Positions 17,314 through 26,717 of a stretch of 61,622 nt of DNA are shown in pieces. Within the stretch, counting starts at the first letter, position 1. The number at the start of each line of letters is the position of its first letter. The stretch is from positions 1 through 61,622 of the forward strand of contig MNZJ01000037.1 in the NCBI GenBank assembly GCA_001873565.1, read 5' to 3'. Under the pieces are notes generated by a model, which saw nothing but the letters and a program-made list of their open reading frames with translations, made no database searches and had not been told where the DNA came from. The position numbers and the translations under genes were made by a program. The stretch comes from Candidatus Peregrinibacteria bacterium CG2_30_44_17 (lineage in GTDB: Bacteria > Patescibacteriota > Gracilibacteria > UBA1369 > UBA12470).

Positions 17314-19161
17314 CTATGGAGTATAGTTAATTCGTACTTCTTCTATGGTTGGCGTCTCTATCCCGTCAGATGTGACTATTACTCTGAACTGGATATACCG
17401 GATTCCGGATGCACTTGCGTTAGTCTCTATCTGAGTTGGCGATGATTCGTAGTATGTTGATGCTGTTCCGTCATTACCGACCCATGTTGCTGACGATACT
17501 CCTGCCTGCGTGCTTGATGTGCGTATTTGCAGAGTAACTGTTCCCCCCGTTGTGGCTGTTGTATCCCATTCTATGAAGTTGTATCTGGTTTCCTCACTGC
17601 TGGTATCCAATACGTCCGATGTGAATGTTCCATAGGTGCTGTATCCCGGATCTATGGTCTCCAGAATGATAAGACCTTTGTTGTTAACGTCTATCGTGAC
17701 GTAGACGTTCCCGCTGTATGTGTATACTCCCGTACCTTTGCCGCCTATGTCCGCGGAGTACGCGATATAAGGGGATACTGGATTTGATATGTTGATTATA
17801 TCGAGTCCTGGATTGTCATTGTCTATAGCTGCATATAAATAGTCGCCGTCAATAGCCATGTCTTTGATCTTGTCGTTGGTATCCATTGACCCCAGTAGTA
17901 CTGGATTCTCCGGGTCTGATATATTCACTGCCTGCAGTGAGCTGTCGTCGTCTTCGGTTCCTACGTATGCGACTACTCCATTTATTGCTATTGAGATCGC
18001 CTCGTCTCCTACGTTGAGTGATGCGACTTCCAATGGACTTAGAGGGTTCGATATATCGACTACTCTAAGCTGATTTGATGAACTATCTACCCCTACGTAT
18101 GCGTAGTTCCCGTTTATAGTGATTACATTGGTTTCGGCGCTAAAATTCAACGTTGTCTCTTGTACGGGTGTTTCTGGATTGTTTAAATTGAATACAAGAA
18201 AACTATTGGAGGACTTGTTTGTCCCCATAAATAGGTAGCTGCCAGATACTGCTGGTTGGTTGCCGTACGCGCTTAGGTTTTGATTGTCTATCAATGCAGG
18301 GTTCTCGGGGTCGGATATATCGACGATTGCTAAGCTGCCATTTGTATCTTGCACTCCAATATAAAGATAATTCCCATTTATGGTGAGGTATCTGCCTTTG
18401 TTCCCGATGTCTAATGTGGCTACCACTGTTGGCAGTTCCGGGTTGCTAATGTCTACTACTGCCAAGCCTTCGGTGCTTTTGTTGCTGGCTACATATGCGT
18501 AATTTCCTGATACTACTACGTCATTGCCGTGTTCTCCGATGTCAGAAGATGCTATGAATGTGCTAAGCTCCTCTATTAGAGATAATTGTATTGCGCAGTC
18601 GTCATCCGGTGGTGCTGGAGTTTCTATAGTCTCGGTATTGCTGAATGTTCCGGCTACAAATTCGGTGCACGTTGTTTGGAACCAGTCATTGCCTCGCCAA
18701 TCTGCAAGGTATGTCGTCATCGATACCGATTTTGGCAGGATACTGTGCCAGTTCCATGTGACCTCTGATGTTATTTTTTTGATTTCTTCATCCAAAGTAC
18801 CGGTTGTAGCGATATTTCCTTCGCTATCTCGATATACATCTTCGATGGTGACTGTTCTCAGGTAGTACCCGTCTATATCCTCTGGGGCTGCCGTCAAACT
18901 CCATGTATCGCTCGTAAAGTTGAGTCCGAATTCGCCTGCTTCCAGTAGTAAGAAATCGCGATCTCTGATATTCCTGATCGCTTCGATGCCTTCTTCGGCG
19001 TATGCAAGTGCTTCGTTGTTTGTTTGCACCTTTGAGCTGCGGTCCATACTGCTTACTCCAAGCGTAAATATGCCAGTAGCAAATATGGTGAATATCGTCA
19101 TTGCGATGAGTATCTCGATGAGAGAGAAAGCTCTGCTTGTTTTAGTAGGTGATAACTCCAA
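17314..19161 (-). CDS. Minor pilin (PilV-like) fused to LVIVD-repeat propeller
   Basis: RA|FSLIEIL, AEEGIEAIRNIRD, then about seven GNYAYV....L.(V/I)VDISNP..P repeats. Confidence 0.82.
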   Translation of the reverse strand: MELSPTKTSRAFSLIEILIAMTIFTIFATGIFTLGVSSMDRSSKVQTNNEALAYAEEGIEAIRNIRDRDFLLLEAGEFGLNFTSDTWSLTAAPEDIDGYYLRTVTIEDVYRDSEGNIATTGTLDEEIKKITSEVTWNWHSILPKSVSMTTYLADWRGNDWFQTTCTEFVAGTFSNTETIETPAPPDDDCAIQLSLIEELSTFIASSDIGEHGNDVVVSGNYAYVASNKSTEGLAVVDISNPELPTVVATLDIGNKGRYLTINGNYLYIGVQDTNGSLAIVDISDPENPALIDNQNLSAYGNQPAVSGSYLFMGTNKSSNSFLVFNLNNPETPVQETTLNFSAETNVITINGNYAYVGVDSSSNQLRVVDISNPLSPLEVASLNVGDEAISIAINGVVAYVGTEDDDSSLQAVNISDPENPVLLGSMDTNDKIKDMAIDGDYLYAAIDNDNPGLDIINISNPVSPYIAYSADIGGKGTGVYTYSGNVYVTIDVNNKGLIILETIDPGYSTYGTFTSDVLDTSSEETRYNFIEWDTTATTGGTVTLQIRTSSTQAGVSSATWVGNDGTASTYYESSPTQIETNASASGIRYIQFRVIVTSDGIETPTIEEVRINYTP

Positions 19162-19591
19162 GTTGATTTATCGTTATTGTTGATGTTGTGCTTATTTGCT
19201 GGGAATAGAGGTCTACACTTCCATACTGGTCTGTTGCTCCTTCCGGAGATGTGAAGATTATGTCTGTGCCTCCTCCGTTGAGCGTTATGTTTGTGAACTG
19301 CAACGTGCTTGGTAATTCGTTGACAACGTTGCCTGTGCCGTCCACGATGTAGCTGTCTCCTGAAAACGTCGTGTATGAGTTGCTCTCTATATGAACCCCA
19401 TGACTGCCTGCGTCTTTGCCTGCCATTGCGTCACTTTGTGCAAGCCTGAGAGCGGATATGAAATTGTTTCTTTGTCCATTTAAATCGGATCTTACTATTG
19501 TCGTTTGAGAGTAAAGTATTGATAAGCCCAACATCAAACTCATTAGTGTGATTACCAGCATTATCTCTATTATTGTGATCGCTTTTTTCAT
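19142..19591 (-). CDS. Minor pilin (FimT/GspH-like)
   Basis: KA|ITIIEIM, LRLAQSDAM, C-terminal ITINQLG. Confidence 0.75.
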   Translation of the reverse strand: MKKAITIIEIMLVITLMSLMLGLSILYSQTTIVRSDLNGQRNNFISALRLAQSDAMAGKDAGSHGVHIESNSYTTFSGDSYIVDGTGNVVNELPSTLQFTNITLNGGGTDIIFTSPEGATDQYGSVDLYSQQISTTSTITINQLGVITY

Positions 19592-20799
19592 TATCTGCTG
19601 AGTAGGTTAGGCAATTGATATATCGGTAAAATCACTGATATTGCGACTCCTCCAACCAACATCCCCATGAAAATCAGGAGGATCGGCTCGAGTAGTACCG
19701 AGAGATTCTTTGTCATGTGATCTACATTTTGTTCGTACATCGATGCTAAGTGGTCTGTTGTCGATTCGAGGCTTCCTGTTTTTTCTCCTACGAAGAGCAT
19801 TCTTGTGGTCAGAACTGGGAAAATCTTTTCATGACCTGAAAAAGATTCTCCTATGCGACCTCCTTTTTCTATCATTTGAGCAGCCTGTGTTATTACCTTC
19901 TTGTATGGCTTGCTTGTTATCATCTGTTCGGTTATTTGTAGCGACTTTGTGATTGGTACGCCAGCTTGTAATAGAGAGTTGAATATTCTGGAAAATCTTG
20001 CGAGATTGATGTATTTGATAAGTTTTCCGAATATTGGAAGCTTGAGGAGTATTTGATCTCGGATGTTTTTTAGATGCTTTGAACGTATCATGAATGCTGA
20101 TAGCCCAGCGGCTCCTAATAGCAGCAGCATTGTGATAAACGGATTGTTTGTTACAAAATTACTTGTTCCAATAAGAATACGCGTTGGCAATGGCAATACT
20201 ACGTCAAATGACGTGAATATTTCCGCTATTTTCGGAAGTACAAAAACAACGATGCCTGCTGTTAATGTTAGCGTTATACATACTATAAATGCTGGATATA
20301 CGAATGCTGACACTACGCGCTTTCTAAGGTCGTAATCTTTCTCCAGTTGCTTATCAAGATATCCGAGGGTTTTTTCGAGTGTTCCGCTTTCTTCTCCCAC
20401 TGCTATCATGTTTATAAATACATCAGAAAAAATCCATTTGTACTCTTGTAAGCTTTTGGAGAGGGTTTGTCCGGATTGAATCATTTGCAAGATGTTCTCG
20501 TACATCCTCCTTGTGTTCTTGTTGGCGGCTTGGTCTTTCAATATATCGATTGCCTCAGTAATGGTAATTCCAACTTTAAGCATTGTTGATAAATGTTTTG
20601 TGAAGGTCATTTTTTCAACAAAGCTTAGTTTTGGTTTTTGCCAGAAATAGTCGTGCGTCTGAGACTCCTCTGTTATCGATATAATCACGTTGTTTTCTTC
20701 CCGCAATGCATCAGCAACATCTTGCTGGCTTGCTGCATTCATGCTGCCTTTTTTGGTAGCTCCTTTTTCGTTACTGATTACGTAGGTGAATTTTCTCAT
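19591..20799 (-). CDS. pilC: Type IV pilus platform protein PilC / T2SS F family
   Basis: Two T2SSF repeats (GEESGTLE, GEKTGSLE), YP, LEPILL, LPIY. Confidence 0.95.
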   Translation of the reverse strand: MRKFTYVISNEKGATKKGSMNAASQQDVADALREENNVIISITEESQTHDYFWQKPKLSFVEKMTFTKHLSTMLKVGITITEAIDILKDQAANKNTRRMYENILQMIQSGQTLSKSLQEYKWIFSDVFINMIAVGEESGTLEKTLGYLDKQLEKDYDLRKRVVSAFVYPAFIVCITLTLTAGIVVFVLPKIAEIFTSFDVVLPLPTRILIGTSNFVTNNPFITMLLLLGAAGLSAFMIRSKHLKNIRDQILLKLPIFGKLIKYINLARFSRIFNSLLQAGVPITKSLQITEQMITSKPYKKVITQAAQMIEKGGRIGESFSGHEKIFPVLTTRMLFVGEKTGSLESTTDHLASMYEQNVDHMTKNLSVLLEPILLIFMGMLVGGVAISVILPIYQLPNLLSR

Positions 20800-20814
20800 T
20801 TGTTTTTATACTGA

Positions 20815-22515
20815 CTAGTCATGCATCACTCTGAGAACTTCTTCGAGAGTTGTCTCTCCAGCGAGAACTTTTTCTATGCCGTCTATAAACATTTTCTGCA
20901 TTCCGCTTTTTGTTGCTAAGTTTTCCATCTCTTCCAGTGTTGTGTTTGGTGATATGTTCTTCTTTATCTCGTCCGATATGTCCATTACTTCTGCTACACA
21001 TGTGCGTCCTTTGAACCCGGTATTGTTGCAGTGTTCGCATCCGTCGCCTTTGTAGAGGGTGAAAACCTCGCCTTTGTTTATCTGCTTGATCTCTTCTACC
21101 ATTGCATCGAGCTCTTGTTCTTCGAAATTCGCCAAGAAGTCTGCGAGTTGTTTTATAGACATTCCGTACGAAGCCTTGCAGTGTTTGCATATTTGCCTGA
21201 CAAGCCTCTGAGCGATAATCATTTCCAGTGTTGCCGCAACCAAAAAGCTTTCGACCCCCATCTCCATTAGCCTTGGTATTGTTGAAACGGCATCGTTCGT
21301 ATGAAGTGTCGCAAGCACTAAATGTCCTGTAAGTGCTGCATTAATAGCTACGGTGGCTGTCTCCTGGTCACGGATTTCTCCTACCATGATTATATCGGGA
21401 TCTTGTCTGACCAGTGATCTAAGTCCATTCGCGAAAGTCAGGTCAGCCTTGGGATTCACTTGGGTTTGATTCACTCCTTCCAGCCTGTATTCTATAGGGT
21501 CTTCGATTGTTGATATGTTGACTTCGCTGGAGTTAAGCATCCTCAGTACGGTATACAGAGTTGTTGTTTTGCCTGATCCTGTTGGCCCTGTGGTGAGAAG
21601 GATGCCATGTGTTTTTGATATGTTCCTTTCTATGATCTTTAAGTTGTGCTCTGAGTAGCCTAGTGTAGCCAGCTTTAATGAATTGCTATCAGATCTTAGG
21701 AGACGCATAACTATTTTTTCTCCGTCATATGTTGGCAATATTGATACACGCAGTGTTATTTCGTTGTTCTCTAAATCTATTTCGAATCTTCCGTCTTGAG
21801 AGGCCCTGTGTTCGTCAGTTCTAAGGTTGGAGAGAACTTTAATCCTCGTGGTAACTAGCTCAGCTATCTCTATCGGCAGTTCTGCAATAGTGTTGAGCAG
21901 GCCGTCGATTCGATTCCTTATTATGAGATAGTTCTTGTGTGGTTCTATGTGTATATCTGATGCGCCGTTTTGGAATGCAAAGAGTATGATTGTGTCGACG
22001 ATTTTTGATGCGTCTTCAAGCGACTCGATTTTTTTAGAGTCACTCATCGCTCCTTCAAGGAGCTTGTTGAATTTCTCGTTAACATCTCTGCTGTAGACCT
22101 TAAGTGCCAGTTGAATGTCGTTCTTTGTCGCGTAATGTGGCTCAATTGAGAGTCCTGTTTTGTTTTCGATAAAATCTATGATCTCTATATTTTGAGGGTC
22201 GTTCATCGCAACTTTCAAGATATTCTCTTCTCGCGCGAAAGGAATAATGCGTTGATGTTGAGCAAGTTTATGAGGAACGATAGGCAGCAATGTGTCTTTG
22301 ATCGTCACGTCTGACAGCTTGATGTATGGAACACCATAAACTTCGGCTACTATTTGTCCCAGTTTGTCGTCGGCTACTTTGCCTTTTTCCAACAAAAGTT
22401 CGCCAAGTGATATGTTTTTCTTCGAGCTGACGTCCAGCAATGCTTTGATCTTATCTTCCGCAAGGACGCCGTGCTTTACGAGTGCCGCAGCCAGATCTTC
22501 GTTCTTTATTGGCAT
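20815..22515 (-). CDS. pilB: Type IV pilus assembly ATPase PilB / GspE family
   Basis: ASDIHIEP, Walker A GPTGSGKTTT, RQDPD...GEIRD, TGHLV..TLHTN, CxxC...CxxC. Confidence 0.95.
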   Translation of the reverse strand: MPIKNEDLAAALVKHGVLAEDKIKALLDVSSKKNISLGELLLEKGKVADDKLGQIVAEVYGVPYIKLSDVTIKDTLLPIVPHKLAQHQRIIPFAREENILKVAMNDPQNIEIIDFIENKTGLSIEPHYATKNDIQLALKVYSRDVNEKFNKLLEGAMSDSKKIESLEDASKIVDTIILFAFQNGASDIHIEPHKNYLIIRNRIDGLLNTIAELPIEIAELVTTRIKVLSNLRTDEHRASQDGRFEIDLENNEITLRVSILPTYDGEKIVMRLLRSDSNSLKLATLGYSEHNLKIIERNISKTHGILLTTGPTGSGKTTTLYTVLRMLNSSEVNISTIEDPIEYRLEGVNQTQVNPKADLTFANGLRSLVRQDPDIIMVGEIRDQETATVAINAALTGHLVLATLHTNDAVSTIPRLMEMGVESFLVAATLEMIIAQRLVRQICKHCKASYGMSIKQLADFLANFEEQELDAMVEEIKQINKGEVFTLYKGDGCEHCNNTGFKGRTCVAEVMDISDEIKKNISPNTTLEEMENLATKSGMQKMFIDGIEKVLAGETTLEEVLRVMHD

Positions 22516-22597
22516 ATTTGTTTTTTAAATCTTATTATTTTACCATATTCTATCAGGTTTAGCAAACCTCTTGAGTGTGGTATGATTTATTTAACTT

Positions 22598-23494
22598 ATG
22601 AAAAAAGTATTCGTCGTCTACAATCCGGTTTCCGGTCTGCGTAAAATGAGAAATCTCAGACCTGTTATAGAGAAAAGGCTTATTAAGCTTGGTTGTGAGT
22701 ACGAGGTTTACGAAACTCAAAAAGAGAATAATGATTTCTCCGGTATGCTCATGTCGGATTATGATGTGATCTTGGCTGTTGGAGGTGATGGAACCGTTGC
22801 TGATGTTGCGGATTACGTGGTTAAGCATGACATTAAGGCGTCGCTTGGTATTGTTGGTACCGGATCTACTAATCTACTGGCTTTGTCATTAAAAATTCCT
22901 GTTGTGAATAGTTCCGCTGCCGTTGATTTTGCCGTAAACAACGAGGGCAAGGCGATGGATGTGGGACTTGCGAATGGTCGTGTTTTTCTTATTGCAGCAG
23001 GTAAGGGATACGATAATGTTTTTATGACCGGAGCTACGCGCGAGATGAAGAGGAAGATCGGTTTTCTTGCTTACGTTTGGAGTTTTTTTACGACTTATTT
23101 GGCGCATCCAAAGTGCAAGTATCAAATCGAAATTGACGGCTACTCTCATGAGGTTGAGGCCAAAACCGTCCTTGTGTTCAATTTCTTGCGTCTTTCCGAA
23201 AAGAAGCTTGGTCCCGGGTTTAAGCCTGATGATGGTGTTTTTGAAGTTGTAGCTATGAATCCTACGAGTCTTTGGAGTCTTATCCGAATCGGACTTTTTC
23301 TTCTGCTAAGAAAAGAAAAACACACGCATCCTAAGATTACATTCTTTGAAGCCCGATCCAGCGTTAAGATTCATTCCGATGCGGATAGGGGATACCAAAT
23401 TGATGGCGATGTTCTTGATGACACAGGCGATCTTGATATTACAGTTATGAAGCGGCGTCTAAATGTTGTTTATTGCTCGACCTCTTCTAAGTAG
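22598..23494 (+). CDS. Diacylglycerol kinase family (YegS/DgkB-like) lipid kinase
   Basis: NPVSG, GGDGT, G.TN.LA, DDG, QIDGD. Confidence 0.9.
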   Translation: MKKVFVVYNPVSGLRKMRNLRPVIEKRLIKLGCEYEVYETQKENNDFSGMLMSDYDVILAVGGDGTVADVADYVVKHDIKASLGIVGTGSTNLLALSLKIPVVNSSAAVDFAVNNEGKAMDVGLANGRVFLIAAGKGYDNVFMTGATREMKRKIGFLAYVWSFFTTYLAHPKCKYQIEIDGYSHEVEAKTVLVFNFLRLSEKKLGPGFKPDDGVFEVVAMNPTSLWSLIRIGLFLLLRKEKHTHPKITFFEARSSVKIHSDADRGYQIDGDVLDDTGDLDITVMKRRLNVVYCSTSSK

Positions 23495-25125
23495 CATTTC
23501 TCGCAGTATACGATCTCTGGTCTTGTTGTATCGTAAGTACTCTGTATTCCTACGTTGCATTTTCCGCAATGACGATTCCAGAGGTACTTTGGATTTTTCT
23601 TCGCCATTCTTCTTTTGTGCCGGCACTTCCAGCATTCGCGCGGCAATGCAACTCCCATCTTGCGGTAGAATTCTAGCTCCTGATCTATGATTCTATGGTT
23701 TCCTCCGCAGGTAGGGCAGATTATGATTTGTTTGGTGATGTCGTCTTTGGTCTCTTTGATGTCATCTGGTAGCTTCTCTGCAGTTATTGCGTTTTCCGAG
23801 GCCGGCTTGCATTCTGCGTCGTGCCATTTGAATCCTCTTTCCAGGGCTTGTTCTTTTGTTAATGGTACGTACTCTTGAGCGACGCTTTCGTTGTATGCAA
23901 AAGGTGATATTTCAGTTGGAAAGAACTGACCATACTCGCCTGTTTCCTCCATATGCTTTATGATTCGCTTACTGAGCACCTCGTATTCTTCCTTTGAATA
24001 TTGTTTGTTAAGGATGCAGTACTGTTTGCCTCTGAGAGCTATACATCCAAATAGATTCTTGCTGTTTAAACATAATTCCGAGTATTGCATGTCGCAGCAT
24101 GCTTCCCACGAGTTCATTGTGAATTTACAGTTCTGCATTTTGTATGCGCTTGAAACCATCTCGTAGCAAAGCTCACTCCCGGCTCCTACGAAATCCCAAT
24201 CGTATGAATCTTTGACGTTGAACAGTTGATTTCCGAATTTGACGTCTTCTAAGTCACGACTATCGAAGCAGTATTTTGCGTTTTTTGAATTCGTCAAATA
24301 GTCGCCAATACAATTGTCGCAGTTCACAGTATCCAGTAGTTTCCTTGGGTGTTTCAATATCGATTCATTGGATCTGCGTATGCCTTCTGTGATGCCTGCG
24401 TGTGACGAGACGTTCATCTCTTTTTTTGCTTGCTCAAACTCTTCTTTGGAAACTTTTTGATTGAAAACGTAGTACTCCTTATTTCTGAGATTAGCTGATC
24501 CAATGCAGTTATGGCAATTACGCATATTGTAGCAAAAATATAATTCGCTTGAAGAGCTGCATCGTTGTGAAAAGAAGCACCTAGTGCATTTTTTTGCGTC
24601 CAATGTTTCGTAGCACTGAGTTGAGTCCTCTGTCATGTCAAAATCAACGCAGTTGAAATTGCGCACGCTAAATCTGCCGTAATACGAATCCTCATTATAA
24701 TCAGCTGTAAACAGGAGGTATGAGTTTTTGTTTCTATATGCATAGTTGGCGTAGTCGGAATTTTCATTTCCTATGGAGTTTAGGGCCATTCTTGGCACTG
24801 AGCGCTGTAGATTTGCGAATTGTTCGAAGAATGGTCTATTGAAGTCGAAATCCAATCCGTACTCCATTGGATCCCATTTGTCTGACCACCATTCTTTGGG
24901 ACTGTAAACCTTATATGGCTTGTCTCGTGAATACATAGATATCATCTCCTCTCCGGACAGGTCAGATTTCCTTTTGTATAGGAACAGTTCGTTCCTAAAC
25001 GCTAATCTCCTCATTTGCCTACACGTTGGGCACCATGTAGGTTGAGGTACCTGCATTTTGTCGTAAAATACTAAGTCCTCTGACTCTATTTGGAATGGCT
25101 GTGTGCAGTTTGAGCAGGTCGTCAT
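23470..25125 (-). CDS. Cys-rich hypothetical protein (CPR family; Zn-ribbon ends and repeat core)
   Basis: CxxC...CPxCR..RR at both ends, WWSD.WDP, and duplicated C..C.G...L..K.Y...N. Confidence 0.85.
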   Translation of the reverse strand: MTTCSNCTQPFQIESEDLVFYDKMQVPQPTWCPTCRQMRRLAFRNELFLYKRKSDLSGEEMISMYSRDKPYKVYSPKEWWSDKWDPMEYGLDFDFNRPFFEQFANLQRSVPRMALNSIGNENSDYANYAYRNKNSYLLFTADYNEDSYYGRFSVRNFNCVDFDMTEDSTQCYETLDAKKCTRCFFSQRCSSSSELYFCYNMRNCHNCIGSANLRNKEYYVFNQKVSKEEFEQAKKEMNVSSHAGITEGIRRSNESILKHPRKLLDTVNCDNCIGDYLTNSKNAKYCFDSRDLEDVKFGNQLFNVKDSYDWDFVGAGSELCYEMVSSAYKMQNCKFTMNSWEACCDMQYSELCLNSKNLFGCIALRGKQYCILNKQYSKEEYEVLSKRIIKHMEETGEYGQFFPTEISPFAYNESVAQEYVPLTKEQALERGFKWHDAECKPASENAITAEKLPDDIKETKDDITKQIIICPTCGGNHRIIDQELEFYRKMGVALPRECWKCRHKRRMAKKNPKYLWNRHCGKCNVGIQSTYDTTRPEIVYCEKCYLEEVEQ

Positions 25126-25253
25126 GGTTGATTGTTTTAATTGTACCTCATTGTAATGCCCAGACAGCGGATAGTCAAAACCTATATAACGAGACCGTTC
25201 TTGGCGAGTTCGCGTCGCTGATTTTACTTCTGTTGGACTATGATCAACGCATG

Positions 25254-25282
25254 TGATATACTGTTGTCAGGAATATTGACAA
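25254..25282 (+). promoter_or_regulatory. Extended -10 (TGATATACT) followed by palindromic operator TTGTCA-N7-TGACAA
   Basis: Perfect 6-bp inverted repeat at 25264-25282, over the predicted TSS of the TrmB gene. Confidence 0.55.
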
Positions 25283-25289
25283 TGACCTT

Positions 25290-26093
25290 ATGGATCTCCG
25301 CAAGATGCTTAATAAAATCGGGCTAACTGACAAAGAGGCCAAAGTGTATTTGACTCTCCTGGAGCTTCAGGAAACTATTCCTAGCGTTATATCCAGAAGG
25401 TCCGGGATTAAACGTCCTACGACTTATGTAATTCTAGAGCAGCTACAAAAAAGAGGCTTATGTAGTCATGTTCGAAAGGGTAGGACTCTCTACTATAGAG
25501 CCCTTAATCCGCATGCTCTTCTGGAAGATCAATACAATAAATATTCTGAGTTAGAGAAGGCTATGCCTGAGCTGGTCTCTCTTCATGAGAAATATGTTGT
25601 CACTCCTCAAATGACTGTGTATGAAGGAGCTGAAGGAGTTATTAAGATTATGAATGATACACTGAACACTTCTACCGGTCTTTTGTGCTGGGCTGATGTG
25701 ACTGTTGCTGTTGATGGTTTGTCAGCGGACTTCTATGAATCTTATATAAAGACTAAGGTTGAAAGAGGTGTCTGGTTAAAAGGTGTTTTTTGTTATGATT
25801 CTGCGGCTTTGCGATTCAAGAAGAAGGGGAGAGAGGAATTGAGAGAGGTTTATCTTGTCCCAAAGGAGAAATTCCCTTTTAAAAATGAGATAAATATCTA
25901 CGACGACAAGGTGGCCATTGTGTCGTATGAGGAGAAGGTTGGTGTGATTATTCAAAACAAGACTATTGCTGATACTCAAAGAGCCATCTTTGACCTTGGT
26001 TTTGAGTATGCACGAATGATTGAGCAGGATGTTTTGACCGACAAAGATCTTGAGTATCTAGGGGGAGATAGATTTGTCGCTATGGCGCCGTGA
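25290..26093 (+). CDS. TrmB family transcriptional regulator
   Basis: IGLTDKEAKVYL.LL, wHTH ..RPTTY.IL..L..RGL, YEG.EGV, INIYDDKV...ADTQRAIF. Confidence 0.9.
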   Translation: MDLRKMLNKIGLTDKEAKVYLTLLELQETIPSVISRRSGIKRPTTYVILEQLQKRGLCSHVRKGRTLYYRALNPHALLEDQYNKYSELEKAMPELVSLHEKYVVTPQMTVYEGAEGVIKIMNDTLNTSTGLLCWADVTVAVDGLSADFYESYIKTKVERGVWLKGVFCYDSAALRFKKKGREELREVYLVPKEKFPFKNEINIYDDKVAIVSYEEKVGVIIQNKTIADTQRAIFDLGFEYARMIEQDVLTDKDLEYLGGDRFVAMAP

Positions 26094-26101
26094 TGACGCA
26101 T

Positions 26102-26192
26102 TATAGCCGAACTACCATAAAACGGCAGTAAATCCCGAGTGCTAGTTTGCGATATGGCTTTGTTATCAAAAGCCTTAAATAGCTCGGCTATA
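26102..26192. mobile_element. Short MITE-like element with TATAG-starting terminal inverted repeats
   Basis: TATAGCCGAACTA (26102-26114) and TAGCTCGGCTATA (26180-26192) match at 12/13 positions as an inverted repeat. Non-coding, 91 bp. Confidence 0.45.
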
Positions 26193-26254
26193 TCTGTTTT
26201 CTTGTGTGGGCTTGCAAAAAGCATCTTGTTATTTGCAAGATACTTTTATTTGAA

Positions 26255-26331
26255 TGGCGGAACGGACGGGACTCGAACCCGCGACCTCCTGCGTGACAGG
26301 CAGGCGTTCTAACCAACTGAACTACCGCTCC
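26255..26331 (-). tRNA. tRNA-Asp(GTC)
   Basis: GGAGCGG...CCTGC-CTGTCAC-GCAGG...GGTTCGAGTCC...CCGTTCCGCCA, 77 nt, CCA encoded. Confidence 0.98.
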
Positions 26332-26432
26332 GCGTTTGTTGCCTGCAAAATTTACATTACAAGGGAAGTCTTTGCAATGTTAATTTTTCAAATTATTTGT
26401 AATTTAAATGTTTGCTAGTACAATGCTTTTTG

Positions 26433-26622
26433 TATGCCGAAGTGGCGGAATTGGTTAGAATTTTGATCAATTGATTCGCTCACGGCTTCGTCCCTTTACT
26501 TGGGACTGCAGAAGTTCTCTCATCAATTGTCAAAATCTCTTAAATTGATGACTGTGCAGATTGATGAGGCAATGTATACACAACAAAAAAAATTATTAAT
26601 ATGCCGAAGTGGCGGAATTGGT
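26433..26622 (+). repeat. 23-bp direct repeat of the tRNA-Leu 5' end bracketing a hairpin element
   Basis: TATGCCGAAGTGGCGGAATTGGT at 26433-26455 and 26600-26622. Nested inverted repeats at 26457-26538. Confidence 0.9.
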
Positions 26623-26689
26623 AGACGCGCACGACTCAAAATCGTGTTCTCGCAAGGGAGTGAGGGTTCGATTCCCTCCTTCGGCACCA
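26603..26689 (+). tRNA. tRNA-Leu(CAA)
   Basis: GCCGAAG...CACGA-CTCAAAA-TCGTG, long variable arm, GGTTCGATTCC, CTTCGGCACCA; 87 nt. Confidence 0.98.
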
Positions 26690-26717
26690 CGCTCTTTATA
26701 CCTTAACAACCATAATT

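Noticed and set aside
17680-18530. DNA-level tandem repeat
   Set aside because: The periodicity is only the diverged LVIVD protein repeat, not a nucleotide array.
26436-26455. Second tRNA-Leu gene or intron-split tRNA
   Set aside because: Only 20 nt of tRNA are present, a complete uninterrupted tRNA follows, and no group I/II intron core motifs were seen.
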